DNA of 64,000 nt, taken from the IMG/VR virus record IMGVR_UViG_3300049215_000686, positions 1 to 64,000 of that record. The stretch is one strand, 5' to 3'. Of this stretch, positions 28,808-39,521 are shown piece after piece. Position 1 is the stretch's first letter, and the number at the start of each line of letters is the position of its first letter. Source of the DNA: a virus. The notes beneath the pieces were generated by a model, which worked only from the letters and a program-made list of their open reading frames with translations, did not search any database and was not told the origin of the DNA. Made by a program: the position numbers and the translations under genes.

Positions 28808-28818
28808 AGAGTTTCTAA

Positions 28819-29154
28819 ATGAGAGAGACCTATACCCAACGCCGTCGAAGGATCGCAAGACAAGATCAAATGAGGCAAGATGCCAAAGAAGGCATCGACC
28901 GAGAAGAGAGAGCCATGAAATCCGCAATCAAAGCAGTTGAGAAAGCAAAACCCACTGAACCTTCGCTTTTAGTATCCACTATCAATTTTATCGTCAATGT
29001 ATTGACCAAAGAAAAGAAAAGACAAGAAACCGGCCAGCCCTATTCCAAAAATACCATTGATCTAGCGTTAAAACTTCTGGACCGAGCAGACCATTGCGAA
29101 GCCCTACGACCAATCGCCGGAACGCCTTATTATGCCGAGAAGGAGAAGTCATGA
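28819..29154 (+). CDS. Hypothetical protein
   Basis: ATGA coupling to the recombinase. Confidence 0.55.
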   Translation: MRETYTQRRRRIARQDQMRQDAKEGIDREERAMKSAIKAVEKAKPTEPSLLVSTINFIVNVLTKEKKRQETGQPYSKNTIDLALKLLDRADHCEALRPIAGTPYYAEKEKS

Positions 29155-29798
29155 GCCGATATTATATGGAAGATTTGCTCCTTCAGACTCAGCGCGTCTT
29201 GGGTACGAGAAAGCCTATTACGATTGTGAATCCGATTTATTACAACGAGTTTTTTAAAAGATTGAGATATGCTTCAGGCGTCTCTTTGACCATGAGGGCT
29301 CTCATCGGGGTGGCGTTAAGCGGGGGGCTTCGAGTATCAGAAGCCCTGTCCCTTCGGCCTTGTGACTTTCAACTTGAGGAAGGGTTTTTTAAGGTACGCG
29401 TTCTAAAGAAACGAAAGACTATTACCCGAACTAAAAGAGTCGGGAAAACGATCGAAAAATATACCCTTGCAACCCATAAAGTTTACCGAGAATGCAAACT
29501 TCACCCGCTTGCCATAGAACTCATCCGGGAATATTTGGAAAGCCAAAGCCTTAAACATTTTGAGCACATCTTTAATTTCACCCGAAAATGTGTTCATGAT
29601 CATATTCGAAAGATGTTCGGGCCTCATGCTTGCCCTCACTCGATCTTTCGGCATTCGCATATCTCTTGGCTGCTCCACGAGAAAAAGACGCCTGACATTA
29701 CAGTCGCCAGCATCATGGAACTCTCTCCTCGTATCGTTGCCAATTACAGCCATGCGAACCGAAAGGCTGAATTAGAGAAAATATACGAAGAGTCTTAA
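29151..29798 (+). CDS. Tyrosine recombinase (catalytic domain only)
   Basis: GLRVSEAL, K, HSIFRHS, C-terminal Y; no N-terminal core-binding domain. Confidence 0.8.
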   Translation: MSRYYMEDLLLQTQRVLGTRKPITIVNPIYYNEFFKRLRYASGVSLTMRALIGVALSGGLRVSEALSLRPCDFQLEEGFFKVRVLKKRKTITRTKRVGKTIEKYTLATHKVYRECKLHPLAIELIREYLESQSLKHFEHIFNFTRKCVHDHIRKMFGPHACPHSIFRHSHISWLLHEKKTPDITVASIMELSPRIVANYSHANRKAELEKIYEES

Positions 29799-29799
29799 A

Positions 29800-30108
29800 A
29801 TGAAGATTTTAATTATTGAAGATGATCATCGACTGGTCGAGGCTTACCAATTGATCCTAACCCATTACGTCCTCATTTTTTCCTTAGATATGAAGGAGAT
29901 CGAGCGCCTGATTCCTGAAGTCAATTTGGTTCTTTCAGACTACCAAATGGGCCTTCCATTTAAAGAAATCGTAATGCTAACTGAAAAGTATGCCAAGCCG
30001 CTCTTGGCTGTCACAGCATGCGGAGATCGGGTTCATCCCAATCAACTTGATAAACCTTTTTTGAATAAAGAATTGATTCAAAAAATCGAGAGCACCGTTA
30101 AAGGATAG
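29800..30108 (+). CDS. Single-domain response regulator (REC)
   Basis: ILIIEDD, VLSDYQM, VTA, KPF. Confidence 0.8.
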   Translation: MKILIIEDDHRLVEAYQLILTHYVLIFSLDMKEIERLIPEVNLVLSDYQMGLPFKEIVMLTEKYAKPLLAVTACGDRVHPNQLDKPFLNKELIQKIESTVKG

Positions 30109-30334
30109 ATGAACTAAACGTTTTACTCAATGGACAATGAGGCTCGCTAACGAGAAGAGCATCTCCGCCGAGTTCATCGGGACTAAAAAGATCCACGTAA
30201 GCGCATTTGTTGTTTTTTTCTAACCAAAACCCCAGATCAAACCCCTGGATTTGGCAAACACTTTGGCATCTTTCGTCCAGCGTTATTCCGGGAACCGATC
30301 CCAGGATTACTAATACAAACACTAAAGATTTCAT
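30098..30334 (-). CDS. Small secreted Cys-containing protein
   Basis: Signal peptide-like N-terminus. Confidence 0.4.
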   Translation of the reverse strand: MKSLVFVLVILGSVPGITLDERCQSVCQIQGFDLGFWLEKNNKCAYVDLFSPDELGGDALLVSEPHCPLSKTFSSSIL

Positions 30335-30585
30335 TTAAGTAACGCTGGGGTTTTCTTCAGCGTCCCTTCCATTTCCATTTTGGCAAGCATCCTGACGGTT
30401 CTCAGCAACAAATCCCGAAGCACCGTCACATCGATCTCTAATGCCTGGATCTTTTTCTCTTGTTCTTCGATCTTCTTGATCAATTTTGTCGTGGGGTGTT
30501 CACTGATCTTGTTTGCCATATCCTTTTTAACCACTTTTATATTCCAATCATCACTTTGGATTCTTCCTGTGGCTTTTCTAAGCAT
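30331..30585 (-). CDS. Coiled-coil hypothetical protein
   Basis: ORF; likely start at MANKIS. Confidence 0.45.
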   Translation of the reverse strand: MLRKATGRIQSDDWNIKVVKKDMANKISEHPTTKLIKKIEEQEKKIQALEIDVTVLRDLLLRTVRMLAKMEMEGTLKKTPALLK

Positions 30586-31703
30586 TCAGGACCAATCACG
30601 ATTTTCTTCATTTTCTTGCCAGGAACATTGAACATCAAATCGGAAAGCGCGTTTTCTAAAATCGAGCGAAGTCCCCGCGCGCCCGTTCCTTCATGGTGGG
30701 CTTTTTCTGCGACACGTTGGATAAATTCGGCATCGTATTCGATTTCGCAATCGTCTAAACTAAAGAGCGCCTTGTATTGCTTAGTGAGCGCGTTCTTGGG
30801 CTCTACTAAAATTTTGGCTAAATCATCCACCCCCAAAGCCTCAAATTTTACGATTACCGGCAAACGGCCAACAAATTCCGGAATCATTCCGAATTTTACC
30901 AGGTCTTTATGGGTGATCTTTTTCTTGGCGCTGTCCTTTTGGGAGTGAATTCCCAAAGACTTTTTCTTGTTTGAAGAGTCTGTGAGCGTAGTAAACGCTC
31001 CGCCCACAATAAAAAGGATATTGGTGGTATCGATTTCTTGAGTGGAACTCGTCGGCCCCTTCTTCCCGCCAGTTGGATTGATCGTAACCGTCGTTCCTTC
31101 TAGCATCTTTAAAAGTGCCTGTTGAACACCTTCTCCTCTCACATCGCGGCCACTCGTTTCAGAGCGAGCGATCTTATCGACTTCATCGATATAGATAATC
31201 CCTCGTTCTGCCTTTTGAATATCACCGCCTGCGGCAACGACAAGTTTCCCAAGAACCATTTCCACATCATCTCCAACGTAGCCGGCTTCGGTCAATGTCG
31301 TCGCATCCGCCATAGCGAACGGCACATCGAACAATTTCGCGAGCATCTGAAGGCTATAGGTTTTACCGCTGCCGGTCGGTCCTAATAAGATGACATTTGA
31401 TTTTTGGACTTCTATTTCCATTTTTTTCCCGATCCGCTTGTAATGGTTATAAACAGCGATCGAGAGAAGTTTCTTTGCTTCGTGTTGTCCGATTACATGC
31501 TCATCTAGGAATTTAACGATAGCGACGGGTGTAAGTTCGGTTTTGATTCCGGTTCCCGTTTTCTTACGAGAAGTTTTCTCACTTTCAAAGACGTTTAAAC
31601 ACTCATGCACGCAACTGTCGCAAATGAAAGCATTGATGCCCTTAATCAAATGCTTGACTTGAATCTGTGGCGCACTGCAAAAAGAACATACGGGTTCATT
31701 CAT
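30537..31703 (-). CDS. clpX: ClpX ATP-dependent unfoldase
   Basis: CSFC..ICDSC zinc domain, [43 protein letters not shown]. Confidence 0.92.
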   Translation of the reverse strand: MNEPVCSFCSAPQIQVKHLIKGINAFICDSCVHECLNVFESEKTSRKKTGTGIKTELTPVAIVKFLDEHVIGQHEAKKLLSIAVYNHYKRIGKKMEIEVQKSNVILLGPTGSGKTYSLQMLAKLFDVPFAMADATTLTEAGYVGDDVEMVLGKLVVAAGGDIQKAERGIIYIDEVDKIARSETSGRDVRGEGVQQALLKMLEGTTVTINPTGGKKGPTSSTQEIDTTNILFIVGGAFTTLTDSSNKKKSLGIHSQKDSAKKKITHKDLVKFGMIPEFVGRLPVIVKFEALGVDDLAKILVEPKNALTKQYKALFSLDDCEIEYDAEFIQRVAEKAHHEGTGARGLRSILENALSDLMFNVPGKKMKKIVIGPECLEKPQEESKVMIGI

Positions 31704-31740
31704 CCAATGATCCCCCAAACTTCATTGTAGGAGATCCTTC

Positions 31741-33153
31741 CTAGTTTTCGTTAATCCACTTTCTTTGGTCCATAAGCCCCCGGTAAGAGGTTGAAAGACA
31801 AATATCGTTAACTTCGCATCCTCTGTGAATGGCTTCAAAAATACCGCCTTTGACCACTTCCACGATTTGGGCACCGCTTAAGTCTCCTTGGGTAATGGCC
31901 GAAAAAGAAAGGGAATCAATGGTAGGCTGATCGATCCCGCGTTCTTTAAGATAAAATCGGGCAATTTGCTCCGCCAATTCCGCTGACGGCTTGCCGATGT
32001 TATAAATGCGATCAAATCTCCCCGGACGATCTCGAAGAGCCTCGTCCAGGGACTTCACCTTGTTGGTGGAGGCAACGAGCACCAGCGCCTCGTTGGGCTG
32101 AATTCCATCTAATTGATTAAGCATTTCTCCCAGGCATTCATAGTCATGATCACGGGAACCAGAAATCAAGTCTAAATCTTCCATGATCAAAAGGGTCGGA
32201 GAGAGTTTGCGAGCCATTTCAAAAATCTGGGCAATATCGTTTGAAGATTCAATCGCCTTAGCCGTCACCCAGAGCACCGTGACTTGGCCCTTAAGCGTAT
32301 AGGCTAAGTGCCTAGCCACCATGGTCTTGCCGTTGCCCGGAAGACCTTCCAAGATAATCGCTCGCTTGGTAGGCAATCCATAAGCCTTAAATTGATCGGA
32401 TTTCTTGAAAATATTGATAACGTTTTTTTCAAGTTCAAGTTGGAGGGACCGATCAATAACCGGCATCTTTTGTTCAGGAAGTTCTAAGATCGTAAACCCT
32501 CTGGAAGCGAGTTCCAGGATTTGGCCCCGAAAGTATTTACTTTGCAAAATCGCATCCTTGATTTCATCAAGAAGCAAGCGATTATAGTTCGAATCATCCC
32601 AGCCGGTTTCAATTTGAATTTTTAATTGGCCGGCAGCCGAAACCCCGTATTGAACGACGTAGTTACGCTTTGAAATAGAATCATGAATCCAAAGTTGGCA
32701 CTGATCAGGAACCGTAAATTTATTCATCCCTAATTGCACGGGAATATAAATGGGTTCTTCATAATGAATCGGTAAAATCAGTTTTTTATATTCGGGAAGT
32801 TTTCTGGGGTCAAAGACTTCAAATCGCGAAGATTCAAAGAATTCCTGAAGGGCGATTAAGGCAACGCCCGTCGGCGAAAGAGATTCCTGGAGCCGGTAAA
32901 CGAGTTCCGATCCAGGGAACCCGAAAAAGTCATTTTTGAAATGTTTATCGGTATAGGGAGTCCGGACTTCTTTTTTTCTAGGCAAAAGGTCTTCAAATGC
33001 AATGGCTGCTTGAGCGAGCCGATCTAGGCTTGAGAAATACTCTTTGACAAGCCGATAGGCTTCCATGGCCTGAATTGCGGGGATCTTAAGAAGTTCATCA
33101 AGCCCGATGTTCTCAAGTTGCTTGGTAATGTTTTCTTCGGATTGTTCGCTCAT
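31741..33153 (-). CDS. Classic-clade AAA ATPase
   Basis: GLPGNGKT, LIMEDLD, STN, LDEALRDRPGRFDR. Confidence 0.85.
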   Translation of the reverse strand: MSEQSEENITKQLENIGLDELLKIPAIQAMEAYRLVKEYFSSLDRLAQAAIAFEDLLPRKKEVRTPYTDKHFKNDFFGFPGSELVYRLQESLSPTGVALIALQEFFESSRFEVFDPRKLPEYKKLILPIHYEEPIYIPVQLGMNKFTVPDQCQLWIHDSISKRNYVVQYGVSAAGQLKIQIETGWDDSNYNRLLLDEIKDAILQSKYFRGQILELASRGFTILELPEQKMPVIDRSLQLELEKNVINIFKKSDQFKAYGLPTKRAIILEGLPGNGKTMVARHLAYTLKGQVTVLWVTAKAIESSNDIAQIFEMARKLSPTLLIMEDLDLISGSRDHDYECLGEMLNQLDGIQPNEALVLVASTNKVKSLDEALRDRPGRFDRIYNIGKPSAELAEQIARFYLKERGIDQPTIDSLSFSAITQGDLSGAQIVEVVKGGIFEAIHRGCEVNDICLSTSYRGLMDQRKWINEN

Positions 33154-33496
33154 GGTCGTCTTTCTTAGCGGAAAGAACACCATGGAAAATCGCGTCTAGG
33201 GCCTCAGCCAAATGATAATAGGCCAAGCGAGTTTGCTTTTGTAAAGTAACCTGAAACGTGCCTTCTCTCAAAAACCGGATTGCGCTTTGGAAACTGGAAA
33301 GTTCATCGTCCGGAATCGCGCAGACAGTTTCTCGGGTTTGATAAATCCAGTCCCAGGGGCCAAGCCCCACAAACCCCAATTGACGCAAAGCCCGCTGTAC
33401 AAGTTTCTTCTCTTCCATAGTGCCTATTTTAAATATACACTTTCGTTGCGGTGCGAACTGTTGCGTCGCGTCAAGAAACTCGGCGATTCCTTTCAA
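33113..33496 (-). CDS. Hypothetical protein
   Basis: ORF only. Confidence 0.45.
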   Translation of the reverse strand: MKGIAEFLDATQQFAPQRKCIFKIGTMEEKKLVQRALRQLGFVGLGPWDWIYQTRETVCAIPDDELSSFQSAIRFLREGTFQVTLQKQTRLAYYHLAEALDAIFHGVLSAKKDDHERTIRRKHYQAT

Positions 33497-33635
33497 ATTA
33501 AGGATGACGGACGATTTCGATTTTTAGAAGAAAAAATTGACGGATACGAATTTCGAATTTCCAAGCATGAATGGCTAAATAAGCGAAGTGGCGTTCAATC
33601 CAGAACATGATGCCTTCCCCCTTGGCAATCCCTTT

Positions 33636-33878
33636 TTAATGCCACTGACGGACTTTACGAACCGATAAGACCGTTCCATCGGGCAGTTCCGTGGCGTTTT
33701 CGGTGGCTTCCACGATCTTACTGAAAGCCTGTTTAGGACTTTCCGGAAAGACCACGCTTTCATATTCCTTTTGCGGGAATGCCTGGTGAGTTTCGCCAGA
33801 AGATAAGCCGGTTGTCAATCCTCCCGATAAAACCCAATAAACTATCGCCATATTGATCAAAATTAAGAATACCGCCAT
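33636..33878 (-). CDS. Small membrane protein
   Basis: N-terminal TM segment; RBS GAGGAG. Confidence 0.5.
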   Translation of the reverse strand: MAVFLILINMAIVYWVLSGGLTTGLSSGETHQAFPQKEYESVVFPESPKQAFSKIVEATENATELPDGTVLSVRKVRQWH

Positions 33879-33997
33879 ACTCCTCTATTTTAACCCGAGC
33901 GTTATTGTCAGTCAATAGATGACTATTTTTATCAATCACTTGACTTTAAACCTCTTCCCCCTTAAGAAAATAGAAACCGACCAATCTTTAGACACTT

Positions 33998-34309
33998 TTG
34001 AGAGAGGGGATTATGGGTGATGTGAAAGAGAATATGGCCCCATCGAAGCCTGAAACCAAAGGGATCTTTGATCGATGGAAGAGTAAAGATAAAACCAAAA
34101 AGAAAATTGAAACCGATGAGGATGTAGCCAACGAATTCGCCGATCACATCGCTTTTTCAATGGAAAAACTCGATAAACTGATTGAATCAAAGTCCCGAGA
34201 CCTCGCCAACGAAAAAGGACAAGAAAAAGAAAACAAGCGAAAATTAAGCCGCTTAAATGCCATGCTCGCTCATCTTGAAATTATTTCGGATCTGATGGAA
34301 GATTACTGA
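33998..34309 (+). CDS. Coiled-coil hypothetical protein
   Basis: ORF; likely start at 34013. Confidence 0.55.
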   Translation: MREGIMGDVKENMAPSKPETKGIFDRWKSKDKTKKKIETDEDVANEFADHIAFSMEKLDKLIESKSRDLANEKGQEKENKRKLSRLNAMLAHLEIISDLMEDY

Positions 34310-34332
34310 ACGAGCAGAGAGGGGAAGCCACG

Positions 34333-34630
34333 ATGGCAAGGCGAGAAAAGGAATTTTATTGCGATATTTCAGGCGGCGGATGGGGAAAATACTTTAAGAC
34401 ATTTTTAAGAGAATCTTTTTTTCGGCAATTATACAATCCGATGCCCCAATTGCTCTCACGATCATTTTCGCGTAATTGAGCACGGACTGATTACTCAAGA
34501 CCGTCATAACGAACGATACGGAACAACTGAGATCATTCTTTGCTTAAAATCCACGATTCGAGACGTGCCCTGGCATAATGATCCTGTTTTTCGGCGCAAT
34601 CAAATAAAGGCATATCAAGGAGGCAAATAA
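34333..34630 (+). pseudogene. Zinc-ribbon protein, frameshifted in a T7 run near 34420
   Basis: MARREKEFYC.. joins ..GNYTIRCPNCSHDHFR..QGGK* across the shift. Confidence 0.6.
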
Positions 34631-35105
34631 TGCTTCACCAATCAAATATCCGTAAGTTGAAAGGATTAAATTCGACACGGCAACTCGATGAAGCCAAGAA
34701 AAATACATCAAAGCCCAAGAAGAAGGCCGAGCGATCCTCACCCTCGAAGGGCGGCCAATCGATTCCTTTCAGCAAATTACCGACGGTTTTATTATCCGAG
34801 AAATCCTACTCGATCCAACTCAAATTGCCTTTCGTATCTTTGATGAAATTGGGGATCGCCGAATTATCTGGAACGTTTTGGATCAAGAACAAGTCCAGGA
34901 AGCAAAGGTTTTGTTCGATGAATACGTCGGAAAAGGATGGAAGCCTTATGCTATTGATAAGTACGGGAACATGGGTAAACGCATCCGACGTTTCGACTCC
35001 TCGCTCGAAGAAATCGTCTTCGACGACAACTCCACTTATCCCCTTAAGAAGTTTGGTGAAAGGTTTAAAGAAGTCAAAATGATGCCAAGAACGTTTCCCG
35101 GATGA
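34630..35105 (+). pseudogene. Phage protein frameshifted in an A run near 34703
   Basis: MLHQ..LDEAKK joins YIKAQEEG..GDRRIIWN..MPRTFPG*. Confidence 0.55.
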
Positions 35106-35378
35106 ATCCAAACATACCCGCCGAGCGAATCACACAGAAACAACCTCCCGAAATCAGCCCAGACGGGTCTTTAACTTTTAAGAAACCGCAAGACAACTCC
35201 TACGTTAATGGCGACCTGCCATCCAAGACTATTACGGTACGAACGATCATCGCTGGTGATGTTTTAATGAACGCCGAAAACCCTCGTTTATAACGACTTC
35301 TTAGGGGAACCTTTAACAAACAGCACTCTAGCAAATATTTATGCCCAAACAGCAAATTTAATTTCCACTGAATCAACC

Positions 35379-35840
35379 ATGACAACATTTCCCTCATATC
35401 AAATAGTGAGGGACACGACATGGGCGATTACAACGAATGGACAAAATTCGATCTCGATCCCCTCTGGCTTTAATGCGATCAACATCAGTTATGAAAGTGG
35501 AGCAACGGGCACGCTAACTATTAATGCTGAAGCGTCAGTCGATTCTGTCTACTTAGGCGAACTTCTAATCCAAAATCGCTATTCTGTGCTCAAACAAAAA
35601 ATGAGATCAAATTTGTTGATCCAAATAAAAAACAGAAGTAACCGAAAATTCTTAAGCGGGGATCAGAAAATTTCTCCCCAAGAAATAAAGGCAAGAGAGA
35701 CTTTGCGCGATATGATTACTGAATCAGAACGCGCTGGCGCCAACATTAAGAGAATTGAGACACCGCTTTATGCTAGCGATCAAATAAGAAAAGAAGAAAA
35801 CTTATTGCAGACTTATCAAAGACTGAAAAAGACGGCTTAA
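35379..35840 (+). CDS. Hypothetical protein
   Basis: ORF only. Confidence 0.45.
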   Translation: MTTFPSYQIVRDTTWAITTNGQNSISIPSGFNAINISYESGATGTLTINAEASVDSVYLGELLIQNRYSVLKQKMRSNLLIQIKNRSNRKFLSGDQKISPQEIKARETLRDMITESERAGANIKRIETPLYASDQIRKEENLLQTYQRLKKTA

Positions 35841-36214
35841 TCCGGAAGTTTGGGCTTAATAGAACGGATTTCGCGGGCCACGGTTCTCGCATGAATATGC
35901 GACATTTCGCGATGATACTCTTTGGGCTTTCCTTGCGAATGAGCCTGAGCACGAACATGGCTTCCCATCGTGCTCTCACCGGCCAGATCTTTCTTTCGTC
36001 CTTCGGGCAATAACGGCTGATGAACTCCAGCCTTTCTGAGAAGGAGCATTCCATTAAAATTCTGAATGCTTTTTTCGATATCTGACCAATCAATTTCGTG
36101 ACGCTTTAATGAAGTAGCGCAAACTGCATATGCATTATCTGCACTGCCCTTTTCTTTTACTTCATCAACACAGCGATCGTATTTCTCTGGATTAACGCCC
36201 TTTGGAACTGGCAT
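35837..36214 (-). CDS. Putative virion head protein
   Basis: KYDRCV..NAYAVC domain plus IEKS and LRKA motifs. Confidence 0.5.
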   Translation of the reverse strand: MPVPKGVNPEKYDRCVDEVKEKGSADNAYAVCATSLKRHEIDWSDIEKSIQNFNGMLLLRKAGVHQPLLPEGRKKDLAGESTMGSHVRAQAHSQGKPKEYHREMSHIHARTVAREIRSIKPKLPD

Positions 36215-36236
36215 TAGATCACCTTTTTAAAACAAA

Positions 36237-37043
36237 TTAGGCTAAATTATAAGTGAAGCAGGTTCCATCCACACCAGCGGCAGCCGCATTAGTGAATCCA
36301 GTGGTTGCTGCATCTTTATAAAAACTAATCGAACCGTTCGCACCAATGATCACGCTTCCAAATACCTTTGCCGCATTATCGGTCACAACGCAGGGAAAGC
36401 GCACATCAGCAATCGGTCTGAAAGCAGCCGGAATTTGTCCAGCAGCCGCAAGGATTCCCGTTCCTAAGCCATCCGCAGTCGTTAAGGTCGGAATAAAAAG
36501 ACTTGCAACATTTTTATTTTTAAATGCCTTACAAGTCGTTGCTCCGATGGAATGATCAAATGCAATCGAAACCGCTAGGTTTTGAGAAAACAAAGCCTCA
36601 AAAGCGATCTCGTTTCCATCAATTTTCTGGATCGCTGCCAAAATAGAATCTGTTGCAGAAACCACTCCGGAAGCAGCGGCATATGCCGTTAGAACTTTAG
36701 CGATCACTGCCGCATTTGAAAGAGTCACCGCTCCGCTTGAAGCAAGAGTCGCTTCGCCCGACACGGCGACACTAGCGACTGTAGTCCCATTTCCAACCAG
36801 AATGTTTCCGCTTGTTTTAGCAGAAACATTCGATCCGTGTCCGGTGGCATCTCCAACAATGACATTTCCTTGCGGTACAACTAGCGCACTAGCCAATTCA
36901 GCGCTTAATGCTGCCTGAATCAGATCTCCCAGTTGGATATCTCCGCCATCCACCTCGTGAATTTGCCCCTTTTTAAGGGCAGGGACATAATCGATGAGTT
37001 GATTGACAATTTTTTGCTGAGCAGCCGATAACTTAGTTTGCAT
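36237..37043 (-). CDS. Virion structural (fibre/decoration-like) protein
   Basis: Ala/Gly/Thr-rich repeats; C-terminal IPAAFRP fibre-tip domain. Confidence 0.6.
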   Translation of the reverse strand: MQTKLSAAQQKIVNQLIDYVPALKKGQIHEVDGGDIQLGDLIQAALSAELASALVVPQGNVIVGDATGHGSNVSAKTSGNILVGNGTTVASVAVSGEATLASSGAVTLSNAAVIAKVLTAYAAASGVVSATDSILAAIQKIDGNEIAFEALFSQNLAVSIAFDHSIGATTCKAFKNKNVASLFIPTLTTADGLGTGILAAAGQIPAAFRPIADVRFPCVVTDNAAKVFGSVIIGANGSISFYKDAATTGFTNAAAAGVDGTCFTYNLA

Positions 37044-37058
37044 TTTATTTTACCAAAA

Positions 37059-37334
37059 TTATAAATTCGTTTTAGACGGAGAAGGAACCAAAACATCACT
37101 TGCGGTCTTAGGAATCACAGCACCCGCATAGTTCGTAACGTTTGTATTGCCGATGCCAGCGACGTTTGCTGTGTCAACATGCGCCAAAAACGCGTTGAAT
37201 TGAGCAATCAAAGCATTAACCGCCAATACGATTTCATCGATTTTTTCAATCGCAAGGTGTTGGCTGTCGCCGGGAGCCCATGTTTTAATGAACTTTCCGC
37301 CAAGACCCTTACCTTTTTCTTGAATATGTGCCAT
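37059..37334 (-). CDS. Small structural protein
   Basis: Directly downstream of the sheath gene; RBS AGGAG. Confidence 0.55.
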   Translation of the reverse strand: MAHIQEKGKGLGGKFIKTWAPGDSQHLAIEKIDEIVLAVNALIAQFNAFLAHVDTANVAGIGNTNVTNYAGAVIPKTASDVLVPSPSKTNL

Positions 37335-37349
37335 TTTTTACTCCTAGAA

Positions 37350-39137
37350 TTAACTTGTCGCCCGTTGGACAGCGATGTCATTGAGAACAAACTCAATTCC
37401 TTCAACCAATGTCACGGTGACTGAGGTATTAATTACGTTTCCATTGAAAGAAACCGTCAAGTCCTTGAATCCCTTGCCGCCCGTGCTTGCATCCGGAACA
37501 ATGATCCCGCTTGAGCGAGCCCCATCCAGAACACTCACCAACAGATTCTTCACAGTCTCAGGCGTAACATCGCTGTTTCGTTGACCGACGAATGTTTCCA
37601 TATTGAGACGAATCGAGAATGCCAACGTATCGGCAGCATAAAGTACGGCTGGACGATTATAAATCCACGCATTGAGGGTTTGACCGTAGGTGGAATTGTC
37701 CAATACAAACCTAAAACCACCGCCCGGAGCCCGCTCAACAAACGTCAAGTTCGCATCAATTGCGTCATCTGCCTGTGTTTCTGGATCAAAATCATTACTT
37801 GGAACGCTGAAACCAGAGATATTCGCCAATTTAAAAGTGTTGGGAAGACCAATAACCGCAGCCGCTTTCATGCCCGCATTGATTGTTGCCAGCATATGAG
37901 GCTGAGCCGTAACGAGTGCTCCAAACGAGTTTTGAACATCCACTTGTTGGAAATGGAGAGAAACTCGTGCCGAACCCAGCGCTGCGGATTTGATTTTCGC
38001 ATTCGCATAAGTCCCCTGATAAGCGGCAAATCCTTGACGCTCTCTTCGTCCTTTAACCGTCGAGTTTTGAACACAATGCGTATTAAGCGCAGCGTGAATC
38101 GAATCGATCGAATAAGAAGAAGCCGCGTCCGTAAGTCCATCGGTAATATCGCTTGCTGCGTCTCTTGAAAAAAGAGGAACAACAAAGTTCACTCGGACCT
38201 TTGAGAGAGCATCCAGACAGCCTTGAAAATTAGACTGAGAAGTTGCTCCAAGTGCACCGCCTGCCAAAGCCGTATTAACCATCGCATCAGGGATTCCGGC
38301 AGTTGCAGTCGGGATGAAGTCAACCAAAGCCGAAAGACCGAAAAAATCCACAATATCTTGAAGATCTTTCTTCACAACATAAGGAGCCGTTTTAATATCT
38401 TGGGCAGTCACGCGATCAAGGACCGTCAAAGGATCATTGATGTGACCATTCAAAACGCTCGCAACATATCCGGGCTGAGTATTTAAAAACTGAACCAATT
38501 GCCCAAGGGTGTTGAACATTGACTTAGAAATATTTAAATTCGAAGCCCCAGTTCCGGTAATCGCTGTAGTGATCGAAGTTGCCCCAATCGTAAGCGTTGC
38601 GGCTGAAACTCCGCCAGCGGTAACTTGGATTTGAATTGCTCCGTCATTTCCGATCGCGTTGGATACTTCTGAAATACCGTTCAAATTGTCCGTGATCGTA
38701 ATCACGTCTTGTCCGGCATTTTGATCAATTTCAATCGTAATAGCGTTTCCTTGCGCTCCCGGAACTTTGGCTTTCACCGTTCCATAAGAAGAAGGAAGAG
38801 CAAGACTTGCGGTTGTGGATTGATTCGTCTTTAAAGTAAGAAGAAGTTGAGCACCACCTAGGATTTGAGGGTCATTACTTGGCGTCAGAGCGATACGCGC
38901 TCCATCCACCAAGGCTCCGCTTCCATATTTTTGCTGAATTTGTGCAAACTGATCCGGAGACCAAGTCACTGAAGAAAGGCCAGATTCATCAGAAAAAGCG
39001 AGTCCCTGATCGGCCTCTCCGATGATCGCCATAACACCCAGTTGAGCCTGAGCCGCGCTGCCTTGTGCCACACGAATTCGTGAATAGGCGCCCGGTTTTC
39101 TTAGGCTCGCACCGGCGAAATTGATAACAATGCTCAT
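37350..39137 (-). CDS. Contractile tail sheath protein
   Basis: 595 aa; N-terminal F.G...RKPGAYS, AIIGEADQG; sheath C-terminal fold. Confidence 0.85.
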   Translation of the reverse strand: MSIVINFAGASLRKPGAYSRIRVAQGSAAQAQLGVMAIIGEADQGLAFSDESGLSSVTWSPDQFAQIQQKYGSGALVDGARIALTPSNDPQILGGAQLLLTLKTNQSTTASLALPSSYGTVKAKVPGAQGNAITIEIDQNAGQDVITITDNLNGISEVSNAIGNDGAIQIQVTAGGVSAATLTIGATSITTAITGTGASNLNISKSMFNTLGQLVQFLNTQPGYVASVLNGHINDPLTVLDRVTAQDIKTAPYVVKKDLQDIVDFFGLSALVDFIPTATAGIPDAMVNTALAGGALGATSQSNFQGCLDALSKVRVNFVVPLFSRDAASDITDGLTDAASSYSIDSIHAALNTHCVQNSTVKGRRERQGFAAYQGTYANAKIKSAALGSARVSLHFQQVDVQNSFGALVTAQPHMLATINAGMKAAAVIGLPNTFKLANISGFSVPSNDFDPETQADDAIDANLTFVERAPGGGFRFVLDNSTYGQTLNAWIYNRPAVLYAADTLAFSIRLNMETFVGQRNSDVTPETVKNLLVSVLDGARSSGIIVPDASTGGKGFKDLTVSFNGNVINTSVTVTLVEGIEFVLNDIAVQRATS

Positions 39138-39469
39138 TTCTCTTTCCTCCCGAACCCGAACTTGATTAAGCCTTGGTCGTAATCGTTTTGAGTTTGCGGA
39201 TCGCCCAATCCCAAATGCTGGAAATAAGCGCGAATCGTTGTCATGTGATGGGCCTGAATATTATCAAAACGCTTCAGCGCTCCAGTAAACCAAACCAAAA
39301 ACTTCACTTTAGTTTCACCCGGTTTCGCTAAATTCATAGCGGAAGCGGCTTCCGTCTTAGCCTCAACCTTTTGAATTGGCGCGGCTTTGGCTTCGGGCTC
39401 TTTCTCAGGTTCTTTTTTTACAATCACCGTCTTAGAAGAATCGGTCTTCGTCTCGTTTTCCATCGCCAT
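39134..39469 (-). CDS. Hypothetical structural-region protein
   Basis: ATGA overlap with the sheath gene. Confidence 0.55.
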   Translation of the reverse strand: MAMENETKTDSSKTVIVKKEPEKEPEAKAAPIQKVEAKTEAASAMNLAKPGETKVKFLVWFTGALKRFDNIQAHHMTTIRAYFQHLGLGDPQTQNDYDQGLIKFGFGRKEK

Positions 39470-39521
39470 GCACTTAATTGTCAGACACAGAAGGTAGATT
39501 GATGTTCAATCCCTTACAAAG

